A DNA stretch of 61,668 bases. Source: Mizuhopecten yessoensis. Taxonomy: Eukaryota. Every line of letters begins with the position of its first letter. Within the stretch, counting starts at the first letter, position 1. Made by a program: the position numbers and the translations under genes. This document shows positions 37,801 through 52,000 of this stretch, in pieces. The stretch lies in the NCBI RefSeq assembly GCF_002113885.1, contig NW_018408021.1, forward strand, positions 356,358-418,025, written 5' to 3'. The notes beneath the pieces were generated by a model that searched no databases, was not told the DNA's origin, and saw only the letters and a program-made list of their open reading frames with translations.

Positions 37801-40800
37801 AGTCTGGAAGATCCATAGCCACTGCCATAAATGTATTTGGCATCTTTGCGTTTGGGACCTTCCCGTAGGCTGCTGTCTGGGTCCATCTCATCCACGCAAA
37901 ATAGGTTCCGTTCGTACCATTGTGGTTCCCTGCAAGCTAAAAACGTTTCCTATGTTAAAAAGCGTTCATACGATGTACATCTACAGAAACGTTATAGTAT
38001 ATAACCAGACGATCTTACCAAAATAAATTAAAAAACCCCCAAAAAGTCTACCACACAACTGTTTTACATTCTTTGAACAGCTTGGGTCACAAACGCTAAA
38101 CAAAACGAGAGCAAAGCTACACTTAACAATATATTAAGAGCCAACCTATCCCACGTAAACAACAGTAAACGCCACATTATAAAAAACAACCTGTCATATT
38201 AAGAACAGCAGTAAGCACCACCTTATCAAACCAACAATGACCAGAGAGCGCCTTGTTATAAAACGAACTTGTCCCACCTAAAACAAAAGTAAGCGGCAAA
38301 GTATAAAACCAGCCTGTTCCACACTGAAAAGTGGGCACCTTATTATAGAAACAACAACTTGTTGCACACAAAACAACGGTAAGCGCTTTATTATAAAACC
38401 AACCGGTCCGACATAAAACCAACAGTAAGCGCAAAAGTATAAAACCAGCCTGTCCAACACTGAACAGTGGGCACCTTGTTATAGAAACAACTTGTTGCAC
38501 ACAAAATAACAGTAAGCGCTTTATTATAAAACCAACCGCTCCCACACGAAACCTACAGTAGGCGCCATAGAGGAGAGTTGTCTACCTTAATGGTGTTACA
38601 GTGGCTCAAAACACTCTGTGCATTTTTCACCAAACTCCACATTTAGTTAGAGTCTACAGCTGTGAATCGCTACCTAAGCCCATGTAACATTCCAGAGCAT
38701 ACAAGACTCATCAAATTGTTATAATGGACACTATTTCTAGAGAAGCCAATGTGCACTAAGCTTAGCCAGCGACAACAAAGGCAGTGTTACCTGTGCTAGA
38801 GCCCAGACAACCTGGCTAGAAATCGCACAGGTAAGGCTACAAATAAAACACAGCAAATGGGTACAGGTGAACTGTCAGTGGAGCGTGGGTCCCACGAAGA
38901 GATTAAGGACATGCCTCAGTCAAAGGATGACTGTATTGACAAAAATCGTAGAGGCGATTAAAGGGGAACATAACATTGCAAAGTGTACAGGCAATGGGTC
39001 ACAAGCCCAATTAACGCCTATGCAAAGTAATCAGGAAATACCTAATGTGACTACAGTTATTCTTTGGGCTTCCAACTGCAAGAGAATGTGCATAGTCAAT
39101 CAAAATGCAAATATTATTGCAAAATCCGGAGTGACTTCACCCAGAGTACAGGAACTACTAGACTTTGCCGGCCGCGACAAGGACATAAATACGAGTGACA
39201 TACAGGAGGTTTTTGTAATCCTCGGCACCAACAACGTGTCAGGAAATAAAGGTGATGCAGAAACTGTGGAAATAGCATTTGCAAAAGCTGTGGACAGTAC
39301 CAGACATTTCTTTCCAAACGCACATGCGTACATTTCCGTTACACTACCACGGAGAGAACAGTCCAAGCATTTACAAACCTTAAACAATACAGCAAAATGA
39401 ACTCATTTATGCAGAAATGGTGTAAAAATGTAGAGCGAGTGATCTACATGTACTTAGAAATAGACAAACTATTCCTTAATAAGGATGTCCCTATCAAAAG
39501 GCTCTATGACCTGAATGACACTCAGGGGGTTCACAATAGTTCTCAGGGAGCAGAAATGATTGTGGCATCCTACAAGGGAATTTCAGAACAAAGTAACAAG
39601 AAGTGACATTTCCATGGACAACCCTCCAGATGCCAAACAGGTTCGATGTGGTAAGCATTCATTTGAAAAATGATAAGGTATTGAGAATATTACTTTTCCA
39701 ATGATTTTCTATGGCTCTTTTAATATACACCATCAATGTTAATGGTCTTAATAATTCTGGAAAACTAAGAAATTTATTTTAATGGTTTCGGAAAATTGAA
39801 GCAGATACATTTTATGCCAAAGAAGTTCATTGTGGTGATAAAAGTAATATGCTTAAATAGAAAAGAGAGTGGAATGGGGAATGTGTTTTCTCAAGAGGTA
39901 CATCCTCTTCTAGAGGAGTTGCAATATTAGCTAAACGTGGTTTAATTTTAAAAACATTATGTATTGAAACTGACAAAGAAGGTAGATATATTATTTTAAT
40001 TTTTGAGCATGAAAATGTGAAAATAACTTTATGTAACATATATGCACCGAGTGATACTAAAAGTAAACAAGCATTCTTTAATGCAATACGACAGAAACTG
40101 TCGACAGAAAAATATTAAAACAATTCCATTATAATGGGTGGTGATTTTAATTGTGTCTTTAATAAGAATTTAGATAGAAATATAACTGTACCTCCTTAAA
40201 AGCAGAGGGTGGGAAGCTAGAGCTAAACAAAATAATCCAGTCAGTGGAATTAGAGGATGTTTGGAGAAGGAGAAATCTGGATAAAAGACGCTTCACATTT
40301 AGGGGAAACAATAAACAATCAAGAATAGACAACATTTTAATTTCTACTTATTTAGACAGTAAAGTTTCTAAAACAGATATAGAGTTCTGTCCCTTTACAA
40401 AAGGTGACCACTACGGCGTGCGTTTTATTAAAATGATAGGATACTGCCAGGATACTGGAAAATGAATAGAAACGTCATAAAAATGATATATTCGAAGAAA
40501 TATTTACCAAATTCTGTAATGAATGGAAAAACAGAGATAATCGTTTTGCATCAATTAATGGATGGTGGGATATTACTAAGACAAAAATAACAGATACATG
40601 TATATTTGTAAGTAAACAACTTAATGTTAAAAATGAAAAAAAAAATAAACATCATGAAAAAGAGTTAAAAAATACTGATGGTAATCCTGAAACAACAAAA
40701 CAACTAGAAAACCAAATCAGCTCGTACTATGAAATTAAGGCAAACGCTGCTTTGGTAAGAAGTAGGATAAAATGGTATGAAGAAGGTGAGAAATCCACTA

Positions 40801-43800
40801 ATTATCCACAAACAGTGGGTCTCAATTAAATGTGAAGACGGAAGCTATACAAAAGATATAAACGATATACTTAAGGAACAAGTAAAGTTTCATAGCAATC
40901 TGTTTACTACTGAAATAGATGTTGACGAAGCAAATAATCTACTACAGAATGTAGAGGCATCTATTGCAAATGAGGTAAGAACTGACTATGAGAAATTGCC
41001 TATTTAAAATGAAATGTATTCGTCCATTAGAAATTTGAAAGCCAACCGATCACCTGGTATGGATGGTATTATTGCAGAGTTTTATCAAACTTTCTGGAAT
41101 TTAATAAAGCACCAATTTACTAATGTTATAATAATTATATTCCAAACAAAAGAGCTATTGTCATCTCAATATAGGGGTTTGACAATCCTTTTTTACAAAC
41201 AGGGAGAAAGGGAGGGCATCCAAAATTACAAAAATTTAACCAAAATTCTTGCAGGACGCATTAAAAGGGAACTTTAAAATATTATTCATAGCGACCAGAA
41301 AGGATTTGTAAAGGGAAGAAACATAGAAGTATCGAGAACTCCAATGAAAAAAATAAAGGTGGAAGTATTGTTTTTTTAGATCAACAAAAGGCATTTGATC
41401 GGATGGAATGAGAATGGGTAGAAATGTGTCTTAAAAAAAATGGATTTGGGAAAGCAATTATAGAATGGTTAAAAATGACATATAAGCAATCATCTAGTCA
41501 CATCCTTACAAATGGCTTCATTTAAAAACCATTTAAGTTATCACAACCCGTAAAACAAGGGTGTCCGATAGCACCGTTGATGTATACCCTCCAAGCTGAA
41601 CCCATGGCATGTTCTACTAGGAAAAATATAACAATAAAAGGAAATGCTATTCCATATAGTACAAATGGAAAAATTGAAGCAAAAATTGATGTTTGCCGAC
41701 GACTCACAATTATTTGCTGGGAATGAAAATTCTATTCCATTAAGTTTTAAACCAATACGAAAAGGCATCTGGTCCCAAAATAATTAAGAAAAAACCCCAA
41801 AAGGTATGTACATAGGTACATGTACATGGAAACAGAGACCTCCTAACTTTAAGGAAATTACTTGGGTAGAGAGAGTAAAGGCTCTTGGGATAATGCATGG
41901 TTATGGAATAAACACGGATGAAATTTAGGAAGATAAAATAAGAAAAAATTAATCAACCATATATTGTCGGAAAAAACCGAAATCTTTCACTTCAAGGAAA
42001 AATTCTTATAATAAAATCATTAATACTCTCAATTATCAGCAATGAAGTATCACAAACAATCATACCAAAGATACATAAAATCACCATAAACATTTTTTTA
42101 CACATACTTATGGAACTATAATGTAAATAAAGTTGCAAAAGAAACATGTTATATAGAAATTGAAATTGATGGATTAAATATGATTGATTTTGACTGAATG
42201 GAGACGTTAAAGGGTATTAAAAGTATATTCAATATCATTCACTCAATATTACAAAGCTGTATGCGTTGGGGGAAATACTGGCTTCAACAATATGATTCTA
42301 CCTTCTTTTAGTGTAAATGTAACACTACAAAATCACTAGAATTACAAAATATTCAACAGTTCTATAAGATCTCTCTTCAATGTTGGCAGGTTATGCTAAA
42401 ACAACGTTCGGTCAAAACAAAAAATGAAATACTTAATCAAATACATGTATCACATTAAAAAAAAATCGATGTTCTGAAAAACTGGACAAAATCAAATATA
42501 ATGAAAACAAAAGACATATGGAGTGAAGAAAGAAATAATTTTATAAATTCTTAAGAATTATTGGAGAAGTTACGATTCAAAGATAACTGGATATCAGAAT
42601 TCTCCATAGTCAAGAAGGCAATTTCTTCATGTAACAATTGGTTACAAGAAATAAAACCAATTAACCATGATACTCCAGAAATTGAATAGTTGTAACTGAT
42701 GAACTAAACACTAAAATAAATAAAAACGATGAAGTAATAGATCCGAATCGATTAAAGAATAAAATATTGAAAGAACTAATTTGGAATAAGAACTATTATC
42801 CCAAATCACAAAATGGTTGGGATGCTGTATATCATAATAATGACATAGATTGGGTTAAAATTTGGACTTCTTTGAAGTCATCTATAGCAAACAGGAAATG
42901 TAACGACTGCCAATAGAAATGCTTACATAATATTATTTCTACGCAGGCAAAATTATCTAAAATGAGACTGTCAAATGGTTTATGTACACTTTGTCATTTA
43001 GTTCAGGAAAATCAAATTTACTTATTCTTCAGATGTAATAAAATAACAGACATTTGGAAGACAGTTGACTCATTAATAAACAAAGCCTTACAGAAATATC
43101 AAATTAAAATCAAATATACCAAATAACTGAGAAAGTTGTAATGTTAGGAAGCTGTAATTTAAACCAAGAATATAATGCAATAATCAATTTGTTTGTCTTT
43201 ACTACAAAGTGGCACATATGGAAAGAAAAAAATAAGATAATAATTGTTGACGAATATGAAGTTGCTGACTTCACACAGCATATTTTAAAGTGTATAAAAC
43301 AAGAACTAAGGTTCACAATCAATGCAATTGAAAGCGTTCAAAGATACCAACAATTGTGGAATAAGTTACAAGCAATTTTTTCAAATTGAATTGAAATCAA
43401 TGTAAGAGAAATTAAGTGGAAGGAAAGAAAATGATAAGAGAAAAAATGGACAGAGTGAGGAAGATGAGCGTACAAAATAGAGAGAGTCGGATAATGAAGA
43501 TGCTGCATGCACTATTTACACGGATTAGGCCAGGCCTTATCCTGATATTCCCTATTGTATTCGGGATAATAAACTATAAAATAAAAAAAAAAAAAATCAT
43601 ATCAGCAGAAAGTCAAGACTTTATCATAGTCATAATAGAAAAAAATAGGATGCTAGCAATATTAATTACATACAATTTAACATTAGTTTTTGTTAAGATG
43701 AACACCAAAGTCGGATCCAAAACTGTCAAACAACAGACATATCGATCTCTTGTAAGACCTTCCTTAGAGTATACCTGTTCTTCCTCGGACCCACACACCA

Positions 43801-46800
43801 AATCAGACATAAACAAAGTTGAAATGGTTCAACGTAGAGCAACCCGTTATGTCTCCAACATGTTTAGGAACACATCCAGCGTTGGCGACATGCTAAACAC
43901 TCTAGAATGGCACTCTTTAGCTGATAAAAGAAAAGATCAAAGGCTTACTAATCTCTACAATATTAAAAATGACTTCATAACTATAAGGAAAACTCAACGC
44001 GGAGAATGAAGATGATGCATGTACTAAGTACAGGGATTAGACCAGTCCTCATCCTGGTATTCCCTATTGTATTCGGGAAAATAAACCATAAAATAGAAAA
44101 ACAAATCATATCAGCAGAAAGTCAAGACTCTATCATAGTCATAATAGAAAAATTAAAAATGACTTGGTAACTATAAGGAAAACTCCACTCATTCCACTAA
44201 ATCGCCTCTCCCGCGCACCATTCCCATCAAAATTCTTACCAAATACCATCTTGCAAAATACAGTGTAGAAAATTTTCTTTTTTTCCAAGAACTAATTCCG
44301 ACTGGAACACCTACCGCGACATATCACCTCTATTGATTCTCTTGATTCCTTCAAATTAGCACTTTCTCACATTTATTAGACCTCTTGTTATTCAGGTTTT
44401 TACAGTTTTTAACCAGCGTAGCTCTCTCTCTTGCAAATTATCTTCTATTTGTTGAATATTAAGCAGTATCCAATAGACAAAAACAGGATTCTGTAATGAT
44501 CATAAAAGAGAAACGGAAATCCATAGTCAGGCATCTTTCATCGGGGAGTAAGGTTTGTGTTATAAATAAAACATGTACCGGGGAGTTAGGTTTGTGTTAT
44601 GTATAAAACATGTACCGGGGAGTTAGGTTTGTGTTATGTATAAAACATGTACCGGGGAGTTAGGTTTGTGTTATGTATAAAACATGTACCGGGGATTTAG
44701 GTTTGTGTTATGTATATTACCGGAAGTTAGGTTTGTGTTAAATATATTACTGGGGAGTTAGGTTTGTGTTTTATATATTACCGGGGAGTTAGGTTAGTGT
44801 TAATCATATTACTGGGGAGTTAGGTTTGTGTTATATATATTACCGGGATTTAGGTTTGTGTTATATATGTTACCGGGGAGTTAGGTTAGTGTTATATATT
44901 TTACCGGGGATTTAGGTTTGTGTTATATATATTACTGGGGAGTTAGGTTTGTGTTATATGTATTACGGGGGAGTTAGGTTAGTGTTATATATGTTACCGG
45001 GGAGTTAGGTTAGTGTTATATATTTTACCGGGGAGTTAGGTTAGTGTTATATATTTTACCGGGGATTTAGGTTTGTGTTATTTATATTACTGGGGAGTTA
45101 GGTTTGTGTTATATATATTACCGGGGATTTAGGTTTGTGTTATATATATTACCGGGGAGTTAGGTTTGTGTTATTTAAATTAATGGGGAGTTAGGTTTTG
45201 TGTTATATATATAACCGGGGAGTTAGGTTAGTGTTAAACATATGACTGGGGATTTAGGTTTGTGTTATATATGTTACCGGGGAGTTAGGTTAGTGTTATA
45301 TATTTTACCGGGGAGTTAGGTTAGTGTTATATATTTTACCGGGGATTTAGGTTTGTGTTATATATATTACTGGGGAGTTAGGTTTGTGTTATATATATTA
45401 CCGGGGAGTTAGGTTAGTGTTATATATTTTACCGGGGATTTAGGTTTGTGTTATATATATTACCGGGGATTTAGGTTTTTTATATATATATTACCGGAGA
45501 TTTAGGTTTGTGTTATATATATTACCGGGGAGTTAGGTTAGTGTTACATGTACATGTATGCATACATATCTTACCGGGGATTTAGGTTTGTGTTATGTAT
45601 ATTACCGGGGAGTTAGGTTTGTGTTATTTATATTACTGGGGAGTTAGGTTTGTGTTATATATATTACCGGGGAGTTATGTTAGTTTTATATATATAAATT
45701 ATCGGGGATTTAGGTTTGTGTTATGTATATTACCGGGGAGTTAGGTTAGTGTTATATATATTACTGGGAGTGAGGTTTGTGCTATATATATTACCGGGGA
45801 TTAAGTTTTTCCATTCTTTTGAAACAACAACAAAAACACACAAAAAACTGTAAGCGCCATAGAATAATACCAACCTTTGTCACACTGAACAACGGTAAGC
45901 GCAATATTACAAAAATGAAAGGTTCCACAACACTGTACGAAAGGGTATGACAATGAACCACAGTAGATATTAGCAACAGTAAACGCTGTATTATACTAAT
46001 TACGATTACGAATTGGTACGAAACAGAAAAATCCAAGTACCATTGTATAGAACCGAACGAGTCTAAAAGGTACCTCATTGTACATAATTAAACGAGGCTG
46101 TATCAGAAACAAATATGCAACAAAAACGACATCCGAACACGATATTAACTATTGCTGTCAAACCTTTATTTCATTTGCAAGGAGCTTCTTTATTTTAAAC
46201 AATATCATTATATCACCCTTTCAGTTTTAAGGACACTAAACTAACACTCCCGGTAAACGCATATCAGTAAGCAAGGGGAAAGTTCGACCAGAACTCTTGC
46301 TCCACTGGAGTTGGACGGTTATCGAGGCAGTTTTCACTGAAGATCCACTACATACCTGTACGAACCCAAATGGAAAGCTAGGGGATGTCGTGTGAAGCGA
46401 AGCGTCACTGAACTTATGCCTCCAGTCAGCGATCATGGCAGGGAACTGACATGCATATTTTCCGGGATTTGGTGTGTTAGATTCACCTTTAGTAACACAC
46501 ATACGAAGTATTACTTGAAGGAAAGAAAATGGTATACTGATTGATTGTTAATGATTCCGCCAACTGATTAAGAAAGTAAGAAATTAGTTGTGAAGGTTAG
46601 AAAAAGATAGGTATTCTCAAAACTGACCCATTTCTCCTTACCAATGATTAACCCTTCCACCACTGTAGACCATAATGGACTCATCCAGATCAATGCATGG
46701 TAGAGTTTATTAAAGTTACATAGTGGTGAAAGGATTACGGAGGCAGTTTTGCTGAAAACATCGAAATATGCAGGTGACTAGTAAACTTTAATAACTATTC

Positions 46801-48988
46801 ACACCATGGGCAAATTTAAGGAATATAACATTGTCAATATGACTTAATATTTAGTGAAGACGTAACAAATCTAGCTAACAAACCTTGGTACCAAATCGTG
46901 CCGTATATTGTGTTCCTTAGCAAGGGGGAGATCATGCCATTCCACAGTCCCGAGTTAGCAATATTGTTCGCTCTACAAATGAAACGCCAAGTTAAACAAA
47001 TAAGTTCGCAAAATAATGTATTTAACACCTCATATTAAAAAAACAAGAAGCAAAAATGAAAAAAACTAATTAAAGCAAAATAGATACTATTCGCAGTACA
47101 AATTAAAGTTAGTTAGCAACGTAATGACTAAGCAAGAGTTATGTCGAGCCTGAAACAACATGACGGAACATTTACAAAACATAATTCATCAAAAGGAAAC
47201 GGAAAGACCAAAGGTTAAAAACTGCAGTGTAAGTACACTGCGACATGAAATAATGTTTGTCTCGAATCCTGTCCGACATCAGTGAGTCGAATTGTAAAAA
47301 CGTTTATTGTTAATATGTTACATGTACCATCATGAAATTAAAAATAAAACACTTTCTTTTCAAAACTTATTTTGCAACTCCTCAAGATAAAGTAAAGTTT
47401 CAATTTGTTCATTATGACAAAGAGGATTTGAAGATAAATGAAACGGTCAATAATGTTTATTAAAACTTGAAATAAGACACTTATTGATTGAGTTACACAC
47501 TCTTTTAGACCGTTATTGTTTTACTGGATTTTATGTTAAACATATTAACGTATGCGCTTGACAAAGTCAAAAACGTGTTTCGGTTCCAAGTAGTCTGTTT
47601 CATCTGAAATTGTATTTTATATTACCAAAAAGATGTCCATGCAATAGTGTGTTTTTTTCAAAATGATAAAGAATCATTATTTTATGGTGACTTATCTTTA
47701 TTTTAATGGTTAACCTACGTATAATATCTATATCATATACTTCAGTACCGTCACGAGGTTACGTGTACTGGTAATTAAAAGATAATTTTACAAATAGAAA
47801 GGATGATGTCTCGCCTCAGAATACGCAACAAGTATTCCATCAACTGCTTGGTTAAGTCCTGGTACATGTATCACCTTTAATTTCCTTGTAATTATTGCAA
47901 CGTGGTATGCAATGGTCAGATTTGCATTAGATTTTCACATTTATATATGTCGCACTATAAAGTCGGCATTAGTTCCGCGCTATCACAACGAGACAAACAC
48001 GAACATATCGCAGCCTCCCAAAACACACACGCATACACTACACGTATGCATCTTGTACACAGAGGAGGCCGTCCTTAAATGTCCATAGCTATTAATAGGA
48101 CGTTAAACAATAATAAACCAAATCAAAATATATATGTATATATATACTCCCCAAAAAAACAAAATACAAAATGATAAAAATTGATAATTAATTAACATTA
48201 CAGTTTTGTTACACTGTCAACTTGATCACCATTACTTGGTTATTTGTGAAATGATTGTAATAGTTCTATACTTACTATGTGTCGCATACATTGGATTATG
48301 AAACTCACCTTTTTCGCGATGAACATTGGCTAAGAGCGTCAGGTGAAGACCACAACTCGATTTTCGTCCCACCAAAATTTGATTCTATCAATCCGATCGG
48401 ATATCCAAACTGTGAGGACAGACGCTTTCCAAACAACCAGCATACAGCGGAAAAGCTTGTCAGGGACGCTGTTGGGAATGTAGATGTGAATCATTTGAGA
48501 GGATGTTTATAACAGGCTAAACGTCCCGCAAACCCAGATATTGTTCAAGGTCAATGAATGATCAACAAATTGTAAAATCACGCAAAGTCATATAAATGAC
48601 ATTGAACATGTTTCTTTTTTAATTGTCAATTGTTAATTGAGTTACTTCACATTGATAATAAAAAAGAACGAAAGAGGTAAATTAACATTGATAAATCAGA
48701 TGTTTTTTATTACATTGATTCAGATAATAAGAAATAGTGGTTCCTCAATGATTGTACATACGTAGTTGGTTATCATGTTTATCCAACTAAAGTTACTTAG
48801 TTTTCGAATTGTATCAGGAGGTGTAAAGAGTGCTATAACAATTTGAAAATTAACTTAAAGAGTTAGACAAAAATGATAATCAACCATATATCATGTTTGT
48901 CTAACTCTCTTAAGTTAATTTTCAAATTGTTATAGCACTCTTTACACCTCTTGATACAATTCGAAAACTAAGTAAAAAAACTCACAAT

Positions 48989-49019
<31 letters not shown>

Positions 49020-52000
49020 CACACACACACACACACTTAAAGCGTTTTATCAGAGCCTCGAATTAGAATTATTATTATTATCATATTAATGTTCCAGAAA
49101 CCCAACCCATGTTCTTTTTTGTAAACACTATTCTTGTTTCCGATCACGGAAACAATCGCCATGAACTATGACATTACAATAGCAGATGACTTCGCAAAGC
49201 ATTGTTACTTGACGTCATAATTAGAAGATTGACCGATGAAATTTCGTTCGTGATGCTACTCACTAGTGGGTTACCAAAAACTGTTTACCAACTCCCAGTA
49301 CAAATGAGTCGGGAGGTAGAAAACTTTAAGTGTTTTTTAGAGAAAATCTGTGTACTTTCTTTTGAATATAATGTCGAGATTGACATCATTTGAAGACACT
49401 ATATCCTTTATCAGTTTTTGATGGTTTTTGAACTGAAAATAATTATACAAACACTCTTTAGCATACAAAAAATAGGATTTTCACGGAGCCAATCTAAAAT
49501 TGCCCGAAACTAATATCACATTATATATCGGTACAACTCTATACATATAAGTGTCGGTCTTCAACTACATGCCTTCATATCATACCTAATGCATGATTTC
49601 AACAACTACCAATAATGTTTGATTGTAATTGTTAAATGTAAAATGTTGGTTTCCCCTGATCGATTGTTCGTGTTTTATTTTCAAAAATTGTTAATCAAGA
49701 TATATATAATTATGTCTGTACCAGTTTTTGGTTTTGCCGGATTTGATGTCCAATGAACAACTAAGGTAATTTAAGGACATGTTTCCATGTGTGTTGTGTA
49801 TGCGTGTGTGTGCTGGAGTTTCTTCCTTGTAATAGCGCGAGTCCGATTCCGACTTTATAATGATTCCTCACGGAAATATCATACCAAAGGCATCCAGCGC
49901 AGCATTCCTCCCAGTCACATCATATTGACAACGGATGAACCAGTTGTTGTCATTACCCTAAATGCTTAATGTTAATCAGAGAATAACAACTACTATTAAA
50001 AGAACTTTGTATGGCCCGGCCTGGGGACAGAACCCTTTGACTTCCTCACCTTGGTAAACATTCAACATGAAAGCCTAACAAAACAAAACCAGTGATGTAT
50101 TGGAGATGAGTTTAGAAAATAATCATACAAGATAGCTTTATCCTGTAAAGTGTAGGCAAACAACGAAAATTGACATTTCGCAGCGTTTTTGACCATTTCC
50201 CGATCTATTGTTTCCGTAGTTACCAGTCTTGTAGACAACGGGGCAGGTGATTATGGGGTTAACATATACATTAAGATTATTACCAAACTCAGCGGGTTGA
50301 CCCTGTTGTGTGCATTTTCGATTTTGTCTGAGGTCGTTCCAGTTTGTCTCTGTCGGTGGTTAATGGAGTTTTCGTTCAAGTTATGACTTGGTCTTTCATT
50401 TCGGTAGTGCCTCCTAGGCACCCGCTTTATTTGCCATTACACATAAAAATCCATCGGATAAAAATTGTAATAGGTAAAAGAGAAATATATTTGTCATTCA
50501 TTTAAATATGAAGTATCAAGTTTATTCCACATTTAAATATATCAAATACAATTACGTAAAACTGGCCTTAAAGTATCATCCATTGAAATTGAAAAATCAT
50601 TTTTCATATATTGTACTGCGTATTCCTGTCTTCGTATGCTCGTATAAAGAAGACATTTATTTAATGATTTTAGAGATGAAATTTTATTGCTTATTTTAAG
50701 GAAAAATTAAAGCATTTGAATGTTTTAAATGAAAACTTGAAATTACATATTGTAGCTTGTATTTGTAAATATACAAAAGAAATCGTCGGCAGCGATCACA
50801 CAATAGATACAATGAAAACCATAATGTGTTCGTTCAAACGTACTTGTACAAGATTACTTGCGAATAAATAAAAAAAAATTGTGGTTTCAGTTATCTTCGG
50901 CTATTTCGACATTTTTGTTTGTATTACGGTCATTGACAATGTGAGTCATTTAGGGCAAATAATACTATTAAAAGAAATATTCACAAAAACTAATACAACC
51001 AGCAAAAAATTAAAATGGTAAAATGTGTAAAAGATGAAAAAAACATCAATAGCACACACATTGGTTATTTTGTTTTGTTTTTGTCATTTAGGGTGAAACA
51101 ACACTGTATAAAGAAAGATTTGAAAACGTGAGGACTTCGAACTTGAAATTGGAAAAGTAAAAAGGTATACAAATGCAGGTTCATCAACAGGGAACGAGTT
51201 GGTTATAAAATATATCATTACTTGTTTTAAAGATCAATTGAGTGTAAATAATCATATATTGATAGCAAAGAAACTGTATCAAATAAGCTTTTCGTAAGCA
51301 GTGTATTATAGTCTGTCGGTTGTTTGTTTAAAATTAGCGCCTGCAAACATAAACTGTTAATGTTTAATCACATGCATACAAATAAGGTTGTATCTTTGTG
51401 TGACCTAGTTATGACCTAAGCACAGTCGCGAGAGGACAAATTCGGTTTGGTATTATTTTGTTTATCATACTGTTAACAGCTAAGGTAATATAAAGACGTG
51501 TCTACTATTCTATTATGGCCCTTTCCCCAGGGCACTGTTCTCTTATAGTGTTGTCTGAGGAGGTATAGTGCCCTAGCCGTTAGACAACACTATAAGAGAA
51601 CAGTCCCCTCGGGAAAGGGCCATAATATATTTAGTACATCACAAGACTGTCATTTGACAATAAAAAGTAACATATTTCATAATGAACAACAAATGTCAAT
51701 AAGATATGTAGATCTCCTTTTTTTTGTTGCGTATTCAATTCAGTCGTTTGAATCACCGCTAGGTCACATACGGTCCCCCTTTTCAGTAGGAAGTCTTTTA
51801 AGGACTGTGACGTCAAATGGTTTCGTCTGCTTCGTCTTTATGCATTGCTGAACCTCTGCGAAGCAATCGGCATTTCTGGTCCCGAAATTCGAAGCCATTT
51901 TGGCAGACGACAACTAACAATGAAGTGAAAGTAGAATATATATAGCGCACCCTAGGAGAAGGGGCGCAACTCTTAGCGCCACGCTACTTTTCCCGCCGTC

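Larger units (their letters stand above)
38600..43646 (+). mobile_element. Decayed L1/Tx1-type non-LTR retrotransposon (ORF1 SGNH esterase; ORF2 APE endonuclease-RT-zinc finger)
   Basis: ORF2 starts at 39711. Endonuclease: TINVNGLNN, SRGVAIL, DKEGRY, NIYAP, MGGDFN, SRID, DH. Linker: YEEGEK. RT: SPGMDGIIAEFYQTFW, DQQKAFD, VKQGCP, FADD. C-terminal CTLC..E...LFFRC. Many stops and frameshifts; A-rich 3' end. The 5' boundary is approximate. Confidence 0.92.

Noticed and set aside
43416-44009. 197-aa ORF as a host gene
   Set aside because: Chimeric frame running from a LINE 3' UTR into a CR1-like ORF2 fragment.
44540-45800. CRISPR-like or telomeric array
   Set aside because: Tandem units with no unique spacers, no cas genes, eukaryotic intron context; not pure TTAGGG.
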